NCBI GenBank assembly: GCA_029858875.1
Contig: JAOUEE010000001.1
Location: 1 to 42,313, forward strand
DNA from: Acidimicrobiia bacterium
GTDB lineage: Bacteria > Actinomycetota > Acidimicrobiia > Acidimicrobiales > SHLQ01
Direction: 5' to 3'
Length of the DNA stretch: 42,313 nt
A program made the position numbers and the translations under genes. The notes under the pieces are model-generated. The model was not told the DNA's origin. It was given only the letters and a program-made list of their open reading frames with translations, and did no database searches. Below, one piece after another: positions 26,201 through 35,151 of this stretch. Positions within the stretch are counted from its first letter, which is position 1. Each line of letters begins with the position of its first letter.

Positions 26201-27760
26201 GCGGCCACCGACGATGCCGGCCGACTACGCGATGCCCTCGGCGTGGCCATTCCCATCGGGTTGCCGGCGGTGTTCACCGACTCGGTGGCGGATCCACTGA
26301 CCGATCTGGTGCGTCGGTACGCCTCCACCCACGGGCCCTTCCTGACCGAGCAGGTGGCGGCGCGCTACGGCGTGTCGGTCGAAGCGGTGACGGCCGTCCT
26401 CGGGCAGCTGGCGGCCGAGGGCGCGCTGGTCCGGGGTGAGTTCCGTCCTGACGGCGTGGAGCGCGAGTGGTGCGACGACGACGTGCTCCGGGCGTTGCGG
26501 CGCCGGTCGCTCGCCGCCCTGCGTCGCGAGGTCGAGCCGGTGGAGCATCGCCAGCTGGCCCGCTTCCTGCCGGCGTGGCAGGGCATCGGTGTGCCCCGGC
26601 GCGGCCCCGACGGTCTGGCCGAGATCATCCACCAGTTGCAGGGGGCGCCGCTACCGGCGTCGGTCCTGGAACGGGACATCCTGCCGGCGCGGATGGCCGA
26701 GTATCGGCCCTCCGACCTCGACCAGTTGTGCACCACCGGCGAGGTGGTGTGGATCGGGGCGGGATCGATCGGGACCGCCGATGGTCGTGTGCGGTTGGTC
26801 TTTCGCGACCAGGCGGGGCTGATGGTCCCCGTCCGCGGCGACGGGCCCGATGAACCCTTGCACGGCGCCCTGCGCGATCAGCTGGCGGACCGGGGGGCGT
26901 CCTTCTGGCCCGATCTGGTGGCCGCCGCGGCAGGGGCCGAGCTCCCGTACGACGACGCTTCGGTCCTGGCGGCGCTGTGGGACCTGGTGTGGGCCGGTGA
27001 GGTCACCAACGACTCGTTCGTTCCGCTGCGGTCACTCGGCACCGGCGCGTCACCGAAGCGAACGCCGGCGAGACGGCGTGGTCGTCCGGCCAGCGGCGGC
27101 CGACTGGGCCCACCGAGCGCCGCGGGGCGTTGGTCGTTGGTGGCGCCCCTGCTGCACCCGGCACCGTCGTTCACCGAGGCCGCTCATGCCCGAGCCATGC
27201 AGCTCATCGAGCGTTACGGCGTGCTGACGCGCGAAGCAGCCCTCGGGGAGGGGGCCGAAGGTGGCTTCGCCGGCGTGTACCCGGTACTGAAAGCGCTCGA
27301 AGACCGCGGTGAACTGCGCCGCGGCTACTTCGTGTCGGGGCTCGGCGCCGCCCAGTTCGCGCTGGCCGGCGCGGTCGACCGCCTCCGGAGCGAACCCGGC
27401 CGGACGGGGCCGATCGCCCTGGCGGCGACCGATCCGGCCCAGCCCTACGGCGCATCGCTGCCGTGGCCCGAATCCAGCGGTCGTGCGGCACGGGCCGTCG
27501 GTGCCTACGTGGTGATCGACGACGGCCGGCCGGTGGTGTTCGTGGAGCGGGGTGGCCGCACGATGCTCACCTTTGCCGCCGTGGAGGACGCGGCCGGGTG
27601 GGCGGGCGCGCTGGTGGGCCTGGTGGACGCCGGCCGCACCCGAGGTTTCGAGCTGGGCAAGGTCGACGGCGAGTCCATCACCGGTACGGCGGTGGCCGAC
27701 GCACTGGTGGCGGCCGGGTTCGTTCCCGGCTACCGGGGTCTGACGTACCGCTCCCGTTGA
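23270..27760 (+). CDS. lhr: Lhr large ATP-dependent DExH helicase
   Basis: 1496 aa. GTG start. APTGSGKT, IIDEIHAL, and an actinobacterial Lhr-length C-terminal extension. Confidence 0.92.
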   Translation: MPLSRFSAPVRTWFDTTFAAPTGAQALGWPAIADGAHTLILAPTGSGKTLAAFLWGIDQLMTAPVPDREHRTRLLYISPLRALAVDVEKNLRSPLQGIGLAAGRAGQSLHSPTVGMRTGDTSADDRRKLVRNPPDLLITTPESLYLMLTSQARETLTNVQAVIIDEIHALAGTKRGAHLSLSLERLEQRCTSSPQRIGLSATQRPLDEIGRFLGGQDVAEDGSLSARPVTVVDAGISKELDIEVVVPVEDMGDLGKVVEPDPGGSAAGPARRSIWPSMHPMLLELIQSHRSTLVFVNARRLAERLATRLNELAMGNGDAGAPVLIGDQPDTRGVTPAVDDETVLVRAHHGSLSREKRLDIEDQLKSGRLRALVATSSLELGIDMGAVDLVIQVESPGAVSRGLQRIGRAGHQVGEPSRGKLFPKHRADLLEAAVVVQRMQEGLIEETHYPRNPLDVLAQHIVAMCALDDWTVEDLKVVVRGSANFADLSDEVLENVLDLLSGRYPSEEFRELRPRIVWDRIEGVLRGRKGAQRLAVTNAGTIPDRGLFGVFLPDGTRVGELDEEMVYESRPGETFLLGASTWRIEDITFERVVVSPAPGQPGKMPFWHGDRPGRPLELGRAIGRFVRDIRAEPQPLEQLRERNGLDERAAANLVQYLDEQAESTGVVPDDRTVVVERFRDEIGDWRVCVLTPFGAQVHAPWAMALQSRLGQQWGVDTEIIWSDDGIVVRLPEAIDELPLDELLFTADEVDDIVMGQLPNTAMFASRFRECAARALLLPRRRPDQRTPLWQQRQRASDLLTVAARYPTFPILLEATRECINDVFDLPALKEVLGDLATRKIRMVAVDTNRASPFAQSLLFGWIAVYMYEGDAPLAERRAAALALDRELLRDLLGAEELRELLDPGVLADLELELQRLSDDRRARDIDELHDVLRLLGPLDRHELDARCVEDLDVDAALAQLERDRRIMSVGVADRAQLAATDDAGRLRDALGVAIPIGLPAVFTDSVADPLTDLVRRYASTHGPFLTEQVAARYGVSVEAVTAVLGQLAAEGALVRGEFRPDGVEREWCDDDVLRALRRRSLAALRREVEPVEHRQLARFLPAWQGIGVPRRGPDGLAEIIHQLQGAPLPASVLERDILPARMAEYRPSDLDQLCTTGEVVWIGAGSIGTADGRVRLVFRDQAGLMVPVRGDGPDEPLHGALRDQLADRGASFWPDLVAAAAGAELPYDDASVLAALWDLVWAGEVTNDSFVPLRSLGTGASPKRTPARRRGRPASGGRLGPPSAAGRWSLVAPLLHPAPSFTEAAHARAMQLIERYGVLTREAALGEGAEGGFAGVYPVLKALEDRGELRRGYFVSGLGAAQFALAGAVDRLRSEPGRTGPIALAATDPAQPYGASLPWPESSGRAARAVGAYVVIDDGRPVVFVERGGRTMLTFAAVEDAAGWAGALVGLVDAGRTRGFELGKVDGESITGTAVADALVAAGFVPGYRGLTYRSR

Positions 27761-27766
27761 CGGGCG

Positions 27767-28753
27767 CTAGCGGCCGGAACCCCCGCTGGTGGTTCGGCTG
27801 CCGGTCTGTACCTCGCGGGCGAAGCCGGCCAGCACCTCGGCCAGCCGATCGACCGTCTCCCAGATGAGCATGTGTCCGGCTCGGGGGATCTTCACCAGTC
27901 GGGCTCCGGGGATGTGCTGGGCGATCTGCTCGCTCTGCGCGAATCGGGTCAGCTGGTCGGCTTCGCCGCCGATGACCACGGCCGGGCAGTCGATCTCGCC
28001 CAGGCGGTCGACGAGGTCGAATCGGGCCAGTGCCTGCGCCGCTCCGATACGGGTGGCCTCGGGACATCGCTGGTAGGAGGCCAGGCAGGCCCGCACCAAG
28101 GCCAGGCTGGGGCGGTCGCCGAACGCCATCTTCCCGATCGCCACCTTGAAGGCATCGGGCCGACGCCCCAGGGCTCGCGCCGGCGGCGTGGCCCCGATCC
28201 GCAGCTGCAACTGGCTGTGTCGTTGCCGGGTGGAGGCCGTTGTGGCCACCAGCGCCAGGCCGGCCACGCGATCGGCCAGCACCTCGGGGTCGTAGACGCC
28301 GTGCCCCATGGCGGCCATCCCACCCATGGAGTGCCCGGCCAGCAGCGCGTCGTGCACGTCGAGTCCGACCAGGACCTGGGCCAGGTCGGCGGCCTGACGC
28401 TCGATCCCGAATCCGTCGCGGCCCACCGTGGAGCCCCCGTGACCCCGCTGGTCGACGGCGATCACCTCGAAGCCATCGGCGACCAGTCGATCGGCCACCG
28501 GGCCCCAGTCGTCGTGGTTGCTCGTGAGCCCGTGTACCAGGACGATGACTGGGCCCTCGCCGGCCCGACGGGTGTAGATCTGTGCGCCGTCATCGGTGTG
28601 CACCGTGCGACTGTCACCGGCGGGGAAGCGTGGCGGAACACCGCCGAGAGGGTCGGGTGTCTCAGCCCAACGGTTGAGGGTGCGGCGATTGACGGTGACC
28701 GCACCGCCGATCGTGGCCGCCCCAGCGATGGCGGGGATCACAACTCTGCGCAT
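27767..28753 (-). CDS. Alpha/beta-fold hydrolase
   Basis: VLVHGLTSNHDDW oxyanion region and GHSMGG nucleophile elbow. Start taken at MRRVVIPAIAG (28753). Convergent with lhr, with a 6-nt gap. Confidence 0.8.
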   Translation of the reverse strand: MRRVVIPAIAGAATIGGAVTVNRRTLNRWAETPDPLGGVPPRFPAGDSRTVHTDDGAQIYTRRAGEGPVIVLVHGLTSNHDDWGPVADRLVADGFEVIAVDQRGHGGSTVGRDGFGIERQAADLAQVLVGLDVHDALLAGHSMGGMAAMGHGVYDPEVLADRVAGLALVATTASTRQRHSQLQLRIGATPPARALGRRPDAFKVAIGKMAFGDRPSLALVRACLASYQRCPEATRIGAAQALARFDLVDRLGEIDCPAVVIGGEADQLTRFAQSEQIAQHIPGARLVKIPRAGHMLIWETVDRLAEVLAGFAREVQTGSRTTSGGSGR

Positions 28754-28862
28754 GTTCGGCACCCTACGTGGCCGGGCCGCCGAAGGGGTGGGATCGATCA
28801 TCCCGTACCAGGGTCCCGACCCCGCCACCGGTTGGGAAGGCGGTCGCCGCTATCGTGCGGCG

Positions 28863-29639
28863 ATGCCCGAGGGCGACACCATCCACAACACCGCGGCCCG
28901 GCTGCGGCCGGCGTTGGAGGGGGCGGTCCTGCTGGGCTTCGAAGCCCGGCGGATGCGCGCCCACCGGCCTCGCCCGGGCTGGCGCATCGAGTCGGTGCAG
29001 GCGGTGGGCAAACACCTCATGATCCGCTTCGAACGCGACCTGGTGTTGCACACCCACATGCAGATGACCGGATCCTGGCACCTGTACGCGACCGGCGAAC
29101 GGTGGCGTAAACCCGCTCACCTGTCCCGGGCAGTGCTCGCCGTCGAGGGGTGGCAGGCCGTGTGCTTCTCGGCCCCGGTGGTGGAGACGTTCGTGATCGG
29201 TCACGACCCCGACCCCACCGCCCACCTCGGGCCCGATCTGTGCGGCGCCGATCCCGACCTCGACCTGGCCGTCGATCGGTTCGCCCTGGTGGACGAGGGA
29301 ACCCAGATCGGTCCGGCGCTGGTCGATCAGCGCATCGCCGCGGGCATCGGCAACGTCTACAAGAGCGAGACGCTCTTCGCCTGTGGGCTGGACCCGTTCG
29401 TACCGGTGGCCGAGGTGGGCAGCGAGCAGCGTCGGCAGTTGCTGGAGGCGGCGCATCGTCAGCTTCGGATGAACCTGGGCCGGAACGATCGGCAGACCGT
29501 TCCCGGCGGCCTGGCCGTCTACGGACGAGCCAACCGACCCTGTCGGGTCTGCGGAGTGGGCATCCGCGTCGACCGTCAGGGCGACCAGTCCCGCACCACG
29601 TACTGGTGCCCCCGCTGTCAGATCTCCCGCTCCCCCTAG
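28863..29639 (+). CDS. nei: Fpg/Nei-family DNA glycosylase (endonuclease VIII-like)
   Basis: MPEGDT N-terminus (catalytic Pro2/Glu3), H2TH GIGNVYKSE, C-terminal zinc finger CRVCG...YWCPRC. The upstream part of the ORF (from 28596) overlaps the hydrolase gene and is rejected. Confidence 0.88.
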   Translation: MPEGDTIHNTAARLRPALEGAVLLGFEARRMRAHRPRPGWRIESVQAVGKHLMIRFERDLVLHTHMQMTGSWHLYATGERWRKPAHLSRAVLAVEGWQAVCFSAPVVETFVIGHDPDPTAHLGPDLCGADPDLDLAVDRFALVDEGTQIGPALVDQRIAAGIGNVYKSETLFACGLDPFVPVAEVGSEQRRQLLEAAHRQLRMNLGRNDRQTVPGGLAVYGRANRPCRVCGVGIRVDRQGDQSRTTYWCPRCQISRSP

Positions 29640-29641
29640 TC

Positions 29642-29679
29642 GCTCGGCCCGACCGGTCACGGGTTCGGAACCGGCGAGC
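29642..29679. terminator. Imperfect hairpin between the convergent nei and ABC permease genes
   Basis: GCTCG...CCGGT (29642..29657) pairs with ACCGGCGAGC (29670..29679). There is no U-tract. Confidence 0.25.
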
Positions 29680-29685
29680 CGGGGG

Positions 29686-32418
29686 TTAGTCGGTGGCGAT
29701 GGCGGCGAGGATCTCGAGCTTGCCGGCGCGGCGAGCGGGGAAGAAGGCGGCGATGATGCCGAAGATGCCGGCGGCCACCAGCGAGCCGAGCAGCACCGGC
29801 CAGGGGATGGAGATCACGTCGATGAATGTCTCGGGCAACACGACAGCCACGGCGATGCCCAGGATCGTGCCGATCACCACGCCGAGCAGGCCGCCGAAGA
29901 GGGCGATGATGACCGACTCCCAGCGGATCATGCGCCGGACCTGGCGGCGGGTCATCCCGACGGCGCGCAGCAGGCCCAGCTCGCGGGTGCGTTCGAACAC
30001 CGACAGCGCCATGGTGATGGCGATTCCCAGTACGGCGATCACCAGCGACAACAGGACGAACACGATGATGATGGCCAGCAGCACGGTGAGTTGCTGCTCC
30101 TGGCTGGCCCGGAACTCCTCGCGGTCCTGGATGTTGATGTTGGGGTACTCGGCCAGGGCCAGGCTCAGCGCCGACTCGGCTCGCAACGGATCGCCCCCCT
30201 CGGACAGGTTCACGGTCATGAAGCCGTCGGGGATGGTGGGCAGGTGGAGGTTGAACAGTTCGAGGGGGATGGTCCAGTTGCCGATGACGGTGGAGTCCTC
30301 GTAGACGGCTCCGAGGGTCAACGTCTCCTCCTCCCCGCCGGGGAACTGCACGACGATGGGGTCGCCCACGGCGACGCCCAGGTCGCGGGCCGGGTCCCGG
30401 TGGATGATGATCGATCGGGGTCCGAGTCCGTCGAGGGAACCTTCGACGATCCCGGGGTCGATGTGGTCGACCAGCAGGCCCAGCTCGGTGCCGAAGACGT
30501 CCTTGGCATCGCCGTTCACGGCCATGCCGTCCAGGGCGAATCGGTACCGGGCCACCGACTCGAAGGTGGGGTCCTGTTCGGCGACGGCCACCACCCGCTC
30601 GCTGGCCTCGCGGCTGAACCCGGCGGTGGGGTCGAAGGTGCTGACGAAGAGGAAGTAGTCGGCGTCGACGCTGTCGTCGAGGGTGGCGATGAAGGTGGCC
30701 CGTACCGAGTCGGCCACCACCGCTGCGGTGGACACCAGGGCGAGGCCGATGGTGAGGGCGGCCGCCGCCGCTGCGGTGCGGCGAGGACTCCCGCCGGCCG
30801 ATTCGCGGGCCAGGCGGCCGGGAAGTCCGAACACGGCCTGGATCGGGCGCCCCAGCAGCTGGGCCACGGGCTTGGAGAGCAGGGGGCTCAGCAGGTACAC
30901 GCCGAGGAACACGAGCAGGGCGCCGAATCCCACCAGCGACACCAGCCACAAGAGACGAGACGACACGACCACGGCGAGGACCAACGACCCGATGCCCAGG
31001 CCCAGCACCAGCGAGCCGATGGTGATGCGCCGGCGCAGGCTCGATGCCGGCAACCGCAGGTCCTCGCGCAGGGCCGCCATGGGCGACACGCGCTGCGCTC
31101 GTCGGGCCGGTGCCAGCGAGGCCAACAGGGTGACCCCCATCCCGAGCACCACCCCCACCACGATCGTGGTCGGATTCAGCGGATAGCGGTTGGCCAGGTC
31201 ACCGAAGTCCAGCGCGACCAGGGCGGCCCGCAGGCCGGCGGCGAGGGCGATGCCCAGCAGGAACCCCAACACCGTGGCCACCACGCCCACCAGCAAGGCC
31301 TCGATGACGACGGCGTTGCGCACCTGTCTGCCCGTGGCCCCGATGGCCCGCAGCAGGGCCAGCTCGCGGATGCGCTGACCCAGGATGATGTTGAACGTGT
31401 TGTTGATGATGAACGCACTCACCACCACGCCGATGATGGCGAAGGCCAACAGCACGTTCTGGAGGATGTCGAGGATCTGATCGAACTGGCCCTCGGTCTC
31501 CTCGATGAGCTCCTTGGCGGTGATCACCTCGACGGAGGCGCCCGAGAGCTGTTCGAGCGCCTGCTGGCCACCAGTGGACACCTCGTTCAGGTCGAACGGC
31601 AGGGCTTCGGGTACCGCCACCAGGTCGGCGATGTAGGACTGGATGATCTCGTCGCGGGCGCCCTCGATGCTTTGCTCGATCTCGGCCGTCACCGCTACCG
31701 GATCGGCGTCGGGGTCCAGGGCGACCACGCCGTAGTCGTAGGCACCGATGCGGTTGAAGAACTCCTGGGCGGTGCGGTCGTCGAAGGCCACGAACGAGGC
31801 GCCGGCCGTCTTGTGCTCGATGGGGTCGCCGAAGGTGATCAGGCCCACCAGCTCGAAGGGCCGAGACCCCACCGCACCGGCCACGGTGTAGACCTGGCCC
31901 ACCTCGAACCCGTACTCGGCGGCGATGTCCACGTCGACGAGGAACTCGCCCTGGTAGCCGTCGTCGTAGATGGAGCCCTGGTACCGGGGCTCGCGTCCGC
32001 CCGGTTGGAGGAAGAGCTGGGCCAGCTCGTCCACGCCCGACCAGTTGAATCCCAGCCGCGGCGCCGGGGTGGTGTCGATGGGCTGGCCGTCGACCGTGAT
32101 GGGCGTGGCATCGAAGGACTGATGACGACCCTCGACGGCGACCACCCCGGGGACATCGGCAACCAGGTCGAGCGCCATCTGCGGCAGCGGTAGTCGGTTG
32201 CCACTGAAGTCGTTGTCGCCGACCGCCAGGTTGGTGCGGATGGCCAGGTCGGCGTTGGGCCCGACGATGTCGAGCGACAGCTCTTGGAACCGGTCCCGCA
32301 GATTGTCGGTGGTGATGAAGGTGGCCACCACGAACATCACGCCCAGCACGACGGCAGCGGTGGTCAGCAGGAACCGGAAGGGCCGGTCGGCGATGTTGCG
32401 CAGCGTGAGACGGAGCAT
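29686..32418 (-). CDS. ABC transporter permease with two FtsX domains (MacB-like), paralogue B
   Basis: 910 aa. N-terminus MLRLTLRNIADRPFRF. Two FtsX cores (GQRIRELALLRAIGATGRQV and FERTRELGLLRAVGMTRRQV), each preceded by a large extracytoplasmic domain. Confidence 0.88.
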   Translation of the reverse strand: MLRLTLRNIADRPFRFLLTTAAVVLGVMFVVATFITTDNLRDRFQELSLDIVGPNADLAIRTNLAVGDNDFSGNRLPLPQMALDLVADVPGVVAVEGRHQSFDATPITVDGQPIDTTPAPRLGFNWSGVDELAQLFLQPGGREPRYQGSIYDDGYQGEFLVDVDIAAEYGFEVGQVYTVAGAVGSRPFELVGLITFGDPIEHKTAGASFVAFDDRTAQEFFNRIGAYDYGVVALDPDADPVAVTAEIEQSIEGARDEIIQSYIADLVAVPEALPFDLNEVSTGGQQALEQLSGASVEVITAKELIEETEGQFDQILDILQNVLLAFAIIGVVVSAFIINNTFNIILGQRIRELALLRAIGATGRQVRNAVVIEALLVGVVATVLGFLLGIALAAGLRAALVALDFGDLANRYPLNPTTIVVGVVLGMGVTLLASLAPARRAQRVSPMAALREDLRLPASSLRRRITIGSLVLGLGIGSLVLAVVVSSRLLWLVSLVGFGALLVFLGVYLLSPLLSKPVAQLLGRPIQAVFGLPGRLARESAGGSPRRTAAAAAALTIGLALVSTAAVVADSVRATFIATLDDSVDADYFLFVSTFDPTAGFSREASERVVAVAEQDPTFESVARYRFALDGMAVNGDAKDVFGTELGLLVDHIDPGIVEGSLDGLGPRSIIIHRDPARDLGVAVGDPIVVQFPGGEEETLTLGAVYEDSTVIGNWTIPLELFNLHLPTIPDGFMTVNLSEGGDPLRAESALSLALAEYPNINIQDREEFRASQEQQLTVLLAIIIVFVLLSLVIAVLGIAITMALSVFERTRELGLLRAVGMTRRQVRRMIRWESVIIALFGGLLGVVIGTILGIAVAVVLPETFIDVISIPWPVLLGSLVAAGIFGIIAAFFPARRAGKLEILAAIATD

Positions 32419-32437
32419 CGCGGGTCAGCCGCCGGAG

Positions 32438-35134
32438 TCACGAATGGGCGATGGCATCGAGCACCTTCATCCGGCTGGCCCGGCGGGCGGGGAAGTAGGC
32501 GGCCAGCATGCCGATCACGGCGGCCACCACCAGGAACTGGATGAGGCTCGGCACCGGGATCGCGGTGCGGTCGATGAAGTCGTCGGGGACGGCCAGGGTG
32601 ATGGCCCAGCCGAACACCAGGCCGATGATCGTGCCGATGACCGCGCCGAACAGCGCCACGATGGCAGCCTCCCAGCGAATCATGTTGACCGTCTGGGTTC
32701 GGCTCATTCCCACGGCGCGCATCAGCCCGATCTCGCGGGTCCGCTCGAACACCGACAGGGTGAGCGTGTTGATGATGCCGATGAGGGCGATGATCACGGC
32801 CACCAGCAGGAACACGTTGACGATGGCCAACACGTTGTCGAGGTTGGACTCCTGGCGGTCGAGGAACTCGCTGCGGTCCTCGACACGGGTGCCGGGGAAG
32901 GCCGCGGTGACGGATTCGACCGCGGAGCGGGCTCGTTCGCCGTCGACCCCGTCGGCGATGCGGGCCAGCACGAAGTCGTCGGCCGTGCCGTCGGTGTTGG
33001 CCTCGAACACGCTCAGGTCGACCAGCAGATCCGAGGCCAGGCCGTTGTCGTCGAACACGCCGACGATGGGGGTGGTGATCTGGTCGCCGCTCTGGAAAGT
33101 GAGCTCCAGGCCCTGATCCAGCCGGTAGCCCTCCTCCTCGAACACCTCGCGGAACACCAGCACACCGGTGGGATCGAGATCGCCCTCACTGACGTCGAAG
33201 TCGAGGAGCTCACCGATGGCGTCGAACTGGTATGCGTCGATGCCCCGCTGGGACCCGTCGACCAGCACGTTGCCCGAGCGACCGGCCGAGTTGGCGCCGA
33301 TCTCCTCCATCGAAGCGACGTCATCGGCCAGCGCGGCGGACAGGCCACTGAAGCTCTCGTCGGTGAAGATGAAGTCGGCGGTCACGCCGGTGTCGATGGA
33401 GGCACGAAACGAATCCTTCAGCGACGTCCCCACCACGGTGACCGTGGTGACCAGGGCCACGCCGATGGTGAGGGCGATGGCGGTGGTGGCCGTGCGCTGG
33501 GGATTCTCCGACGCGTTCTTGCGACCCAGCACGCCCGGGAGCCGGAACGATGACAGCCCCGAGGCCAGGGCGCTCCAACCGGCGTAGACCACCAGCAGGC
33601 CCAACACGCTGAGGGCGATGGCAGCCGGCGCCTCGGTGATGGCGAAGACGATGCCGGCGACGGATGCCGCCACTCCACCCAGCACCAGCAGCGGGCCGAT
33701 GATGATGAACAGCACCCCGACGACCCGTGAGCCGAGGAAGCGGGCGGCCGGTCCCGCGAACAGTGGACTCAGGATGGCGGTGGCGATGAACACGATCAGC
33801 GCGCCGACGCCGAGAGACAGCAGCTGGGGAGCCGTGTCGTCGAAGGAGCCGAAGAGCCCGAGGGCGGTGAAGGCGATGCCGAGGACGGCCACGATGATGC
33901 CGATGATGGTGCGGGACCGGCCGGTGGACTCGCGTGCGCCGACGCCTTCGGCCAGCGCGGCGATGGGTGGGATGGTGGAGGCCTTGTACGCGGGCAGGAT
34001 CGATGCCAGCAGCGTGAAGCCCACCCCCACCACGGCGGCCACGATCGCCGTGCGCAGGGCCAGGGGCAGCGGGCCCTCGGGGAAGTCGGCCCCGAAGGCG
34101 CCGAACAGGGCCTGGATGCCGAGGGCGGCGCCGTATCCGCCCAGCAGGCCGACGAGCGTGGCGGCCACGCCGACGACCAGCCCCTCGATGAGGACCGAGC
34201 TCGACACCTGCCGGCCCGACGCGCCGATGGCCCGCAGCAGGCCCAGCTCCCTGATGCGTTGGCCCAACACGATGTTGAACGTGTTGTAGATGAGGAAGGC
34301 GCTGACGAAGGCGATGATGACGGCGAACACCAACATGACCGTGCGGAACGGGCCGAGGAACGTCTCGAAGCCATCGGAGAACTCCTCCTGGCTGGCCTCT
34401 CCGGTGACCACTTCGGCGTCGGCCGGCAGCAGTGGCTCGATGGCGGCCGTGACCTCGTCGACGGCCCCGTCGTCGACCGCGATCCAGATCTCCTGCCACG
34501 CGTCGGGGTAGCCCAACACGTCCTGGGCCGTCTCGGGGGCGAAGGCCGAGATGAGCGCACCAACCGACGCGTCCTCGTCCAGTCCGAACTGGAAGGCACC
34601 GGTGAGGCGGAAGACCTTCGGCCCGAGGGCCGGGGTGACCACCGTGTACTCGTCGCCGATGACGAAGTCGTACTCGTCGATGGTGTCGGGTTCGAGGGCG
34701 AACTCGTCGACGGCGCGCGGTGGTTCACCCTCGATCATCTTCAGTTGGCTCAGCGATGGCTGGTCGCTCCAGTTGATGCCCGACAGCGGCCCCTGGGTCT
34801 CGACCGCATCACCGTCGGGTGCCACCGGGACGACACCGAACTGGAAGATGGACCCCTCGACCAGCGACACGCCGTCGACGTCGGCGATCTGGGCGAGGAG
34901 GTCCTGGCTGACCGGCGGCGTGTCGTTCTCGCGGTCGCCGAACTCGACCGACCCGCGAACGATCAGGTCCTTGCCTGCGTTGATCTCGCCGGCCAGGTCT
35001 CCGAACACCGACCGGAGGCTGTCGGTGATCATGAAGCTGGCCACCACGAACGACACGCCCAGCACGACCGCCAGGGACGTCAGGACGAAGCGGATCCAGT
35101 TGTCGGTGAGGGAGCGAAGGGTGAGCTTGAGCAT
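32438..35134 (-). CDS. ABC transporter permease with two FtsX domains (MacB-like), paralogue A
   Basis: 898 aa. MLKLTLRSLTDNWIRF. FtsX cores GQRIRELGLLRAIGASGRQV and FERTREIGLMRAVGMSRTQT. Confidence 0.88.
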   Translation of the reverse strand: MLKLTLRSLTDNWIRFVLTSLAVVLGVSFVVASFMITDSLRSVFGDLAGEINAGKDLIVRGSVEFGDRENDTPPVSQDLLAQIADVDGVSLVEGSIFQFGVVPVAPDGDAVETQGPLSGINWSDQPSLSQLKMIEGEPPRAVDEFALEPDTIDEYDFVIGDEYTVVTPALGPKVFRLTGAFQFGLDEDASVGALISAFAPETAQDVLGYPDAWQEIWIAVDDGAVDEVTAAIEPLLPADAEVVTGEASQEEFSDGFETFLGPFRTVMLVFAVIIAFVSAFLIYNTFNIVLGQRIRELGLLRAIGASGRQVSSSVLIEGLVVGVAATLVGLLGGYGAALGIQALFGAFGADFPEGPLPLALRTAIVAAVVGVGFTLLASILPAYKASTIPPIAALAEGVGARESTGRSRTIIGIIVAVLGIAFTALGLFGSFDDTAPQLLSLGVGALIVFIATAILSPLFAGPAARFLGSRVVGVLFIIIGPLLVLGGVAASVAGIVFAITEAPAAIALSVLGLLVVYAGWSALASGLSSFRLPGVLGRKNASENPQRTATTAIALTIGVALVTTVTVVGTSLKDSFRASIDTGVTADFIFTDESFSGLSAALADDVASMEEIGANSAGRSGNVLVDGSQRGIDAYQFDAIGELLDFDVSEGDLDPTGVLVFREVFEEEGYRLDQGLELTFQSGDQITTPIVGVFDDNGLASDLLVDLSVFEANTDGTADDFVLARIADGVDGERARSAVESVTAAFPGTRVEDRSEFLDRQESNLDNVLAIVNVFLLVAVIIALIGIINTLTLSVFERTREIGLMRAVGMSRTQTVNMIRWEAAIVALFGAVIGTIIGLVFGWAITLAVPDDFIDRTAIPVPSLIQFLVVAAVIGMLAAYFPARRASRMKVLDAIAHS

Positions 35135-35151
35135 GGCCGGGGCCCGATGTC

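Noticed and set aside
30091-33553. The 700-aa (30091..32193) and 451-aa (32198..33553) plus-strand ORFs
   Set aside because: They are antisense to the two FtsX permease genes, have a Gly/Asp/His/Arg-rich composition, and contain no motifs.
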